In this document: positions 61,076 through 64,000 of the stretch, piece by piece
How the letters are laid out: the number at the start of each line of letters is the position of its first letter
Position numbering within the stretch: position 1 is the stretch's first letter
Assembly (NCBI RefSeq): GCF_031769215.1
Contig: NW_026781869.1
Span: 248,001 to 312,000, forward strand
Direction: 5' to 3'
Length of the DNA stretch: 64,000 nt
Source: Ylistrum balloti
Lineage: Eukaryota
Position numbers and translations under genes: made by a program
Notes under the pieces: model-generated
Database searches by the model: none
What the model saw: the letters and a program-made list of their open reading frames with translations, nothing else
What the model was told of the DNA's origin: nothing

Positions 61076-63899
61076 GTCAAAATGTTAAAATGTCATCATA
61101 CAAATCATTATATAGTTATCAGTATATGTAGCACATAGATATAGAACACTGTGCCCATTACTATGATATAAATCATTATCAAAAAGTATATGTCAGTCTA
61201 GTATTCGTTATGTACGATATTTGTACTGATGTGCTATCATATTGTGTGTTACTTGCTTTATGTAAATACATTTTCTCTTCCAGGTATCGTAAAACACAGG
61301 GAACTATAGAATGAATGAATGATCATATTTAAGAATTGACCAATTTCGTTTTGATTATCCAGTTATAATGATACAGAAACTAACAAATGTTACAGAATCA
61401 CTTACAACGAAAACTATAAATATATATTGATGAGGACAGTCTCTCCCTCTCTCTCGAGCGTAGTGATATAACGTCACGATTGAGGGACTTCCGCGTTACG
61501 AGATCGTATATCACACACCAGAGTGGAATTTCGAGCATTTTAAAATTCCTCCGCGAAACAAAATGCCATTTTTTCATTAAATTTTTTAAGTTTTCTTTTA
61601 CGGAATCTCAATAGGTTAAACATAGGTTTTCTTCTTTAGCAAATGGTATATGAAAGTATGCGTGATATTAAAAAAAATGTCAGTGTTGTTACTGTGGCAC
61701 TGACACAATAAACGGTGACATGATGGTAAACTCAATGATTTCGTTATTTTGTTTATAATTTTTTGAATGGGTACATATTAAAACGAAACTGTATCTTAAT
61801 GAAGAAAAGCTGTAAACATATAGATAGACTTTCTATATTTTTGATTTCCGCGGGATAACTACAATTGCACTTGGGCAAATTAAAAAAAACTGACCCAACC
61901 AGTTATCTACACAAAATAGAAAAACTAATCCTTCATTAAAACATTTGTACTAATTTTAAAAGACATCCCATTCATTTGATTATCGAATAAGTATACATGT
62001 TTAAATGACCCTCCAGAATAACAAAGTTAAAAATAATGTCTATTCGATCTTTAACAAAAAGTTGATATACAGTGATATATGTGTTATAGCTATTAACAAA
62101 ATAGCTTCCGTGTGCTATGTACCACACAGAATTAAAAAGATATTACGTTTTGACTGATACCATATCAACAAAATAGCCCCAACGGTACACTGTGTTTAAA
62201 GGCCTACCTGGGTCTCCTGTCACTGGACGCTCTGCCTGCCGTGTGCATTGACAACACGCCCCGAATCGTCATTTTAGAGAGACAAGCAATGTGTAAATAA
62301 AGACACGGCGTAATTCTGTTTTACTTTTTATATCATCGTCTATGTCACATGACCCCTGTTTAAGAGTTATTTGTATGTGGTGTGATGTTATCGGATGAGA
62401 GACGTGTCCCACAAGTTTTGAAGAATGGTGGTATATAGGGAGATTTAAATTGATTCCCGTTAAACAACATATTTATTTCATGAGAATGATACATCTTATA
62501 TATTTATTTGTTCACGAGTACGAAGCACGAATAAAAGATATAGATTTAATCTTTCGTACAAGTAACATATACATATGTAGGATATTTTGCGTGAAACCAT
62601 TACATTTTCTTTTTAATACATTCTTAAAGGAAAAACAATGAAAAAAGCCATAATCATAAAATAAAGTGGTGTACAAAAAAGTTCGGGAAATATTAGCACG
62701 CTCTTTGACGTCATATAGTTATGTTTGACAACCAGACGACGCCATTTTGAATAATTGTGTTCAACATGCACCGTTTTATGTTGATAAGAATTGCTTATGA
62801 AACTGATTATATATTCTAAATGAGAGAAAAACAGAAATGTACATGGGCTGTATTTGATGGAAAACAAAATATTCAACCTAAGCGTCGTTCGCGTCCAAAC
62901 ACGCAAATTGGCGAATTTGAATGCAGTGACTAAAAAGCACCATTCTGGTTGGTCAAAACTACGAAAGAAATATCATCACTGCTTTAATGATATAAGTGTC
63001 ATAAAATTTATAAATTCCTATAAACCGGAGGTAAACCTGTATGCAGAGATACCCCACTGTTAATGTACTTCGTTACAGTACCTCGGAAAAGCTTGCCTTT
63101 TCACATGAAGGTCTCCAACTCTGTTACTGTCTTTTCACACAAGACGTTTTTTAACGCATTGAGAAGCGAAATTGCATTTTACTGTACGCTGTCAATCTTT
63201 AGAATTTTCTCAGATTAATCTAGTGTCCTTGTCTGACCTAACCTTAAACCGGACAGAGACTAAAAAACAAGATATAGGTATTTATGTACATTGGTTTTTC
63301 TTTATTATTAACGTGTTTTCATTTACATCCTGCTAGCGAAAAACGAGCCCTGATTGCATATTCCTAAGATTACCAGCTACACAACTGAAGTGGTAACAAG
63401 ACCGCTTAATCAGCTGATCGAGATAGTGAGAAAACACCCATTTCGTACTGTGTAAGCAATGTTTGGCCATGAAATGTTGAATTCGATATGAAGCATGACG
63501 GGGACGCTAGAGATATTTTACAAAAAGGCATTTTGAGTTTTCGGACGCTATTATAGGTACAACCTGGCGGTGGTCGTTTGGTACTTTAAAATTCTTTCTT
63601 CACGCCTGATTAGAACGATGTTGTTTTCATATTCAAGTTTACTGATATTGCATCTAGATTTTTTTTTTTCAAAAATAGGGCACATGATGAAATTTTTAAA
63701 CGATGAATGATATACACTATACATAAAGTTGATTTTTTGGCGATGCTTAATTTCAACAAGTAGTCCTGTTTACATTTGTGTCTGGTATTCTTGCAGAAGC
63801 CATTCCCCCAAGCGTAAGTATTGATATAAGCGCCATTTGCTTTGGTAAACTTCATCTATAGACAATACAACGCAAATGTAAATATTCAAGAAAAGTGAA

Positions 63900-64000
63900 C
63901 ATGACGGCTGGACAGACATGTAATAAACAACATGATATACGCGTTACCAGCGAGCATGACGGCTGGACAGACAACATATACATAACATCTAATAAACAAC
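63900..64000. repeat. Start of an approximately 55-bp tandem repeat running off the window
   Basis: catgacggctggacagaca at 63900 and 63955, with taataaacaac in both units. Confidence 0.7.

Noticed and set aside
1-64000. Intact tRNA, rRNA or snRNA genes
   Set aside because: None found. The two tRNA-like segments are decayed and do not form cloverleaves.

Overview
AT-rich eukaryotic genomic DNA with spliceosomal introns, most likely a mollusc and probably a bivalve. This is inferred from the repeat families and gene content, not proven. The ORF track misses most of the real genes because they are spliced. Assembling exons by hand gives four loci. (1) A 7-exon gene (CDS 3057-7462, 263 aa) encodes a secreted, Cys-free, His-rich, amphipathic-helical polyprotein with G-KR and KR processing sites. 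(2) A 4-exon gene (CDS 17192-19142/19174) encodes a shorter secreted precursor with a G-RR site. It shares gene architecture and a C-terminal motif (P-x5-A-L-[AG]-x-[LI]-[LI]-G-[KR]-R) with gene 1, so the two look like an unrecognised cluster of amidated amphipathic peptide precursors. (3) A neuropeptide-like precursor (46935-47504) yields two related non-amidated NPTGW peptides. Its probable promoter (TATA, kappaB, E-box/CRE) and non-coding first exon lie about 15 kb upstream. (4) A STEAP-family metalloreductase on the minus strand has an intronless CDS. The rest is degenerate mobile DNA (Tc1, three LINE fragments, Penelope-like fragments with a dispersed 3' tail, a Gypsy LTR element, a MITE), minisatellites, a 70-nt hairpin, and what may be the 3' end of an upstream gene with a 17-nt microexon. 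All exon assemblies, processing sites and family resemblances are read by eye and need transcript and homology confirmation.
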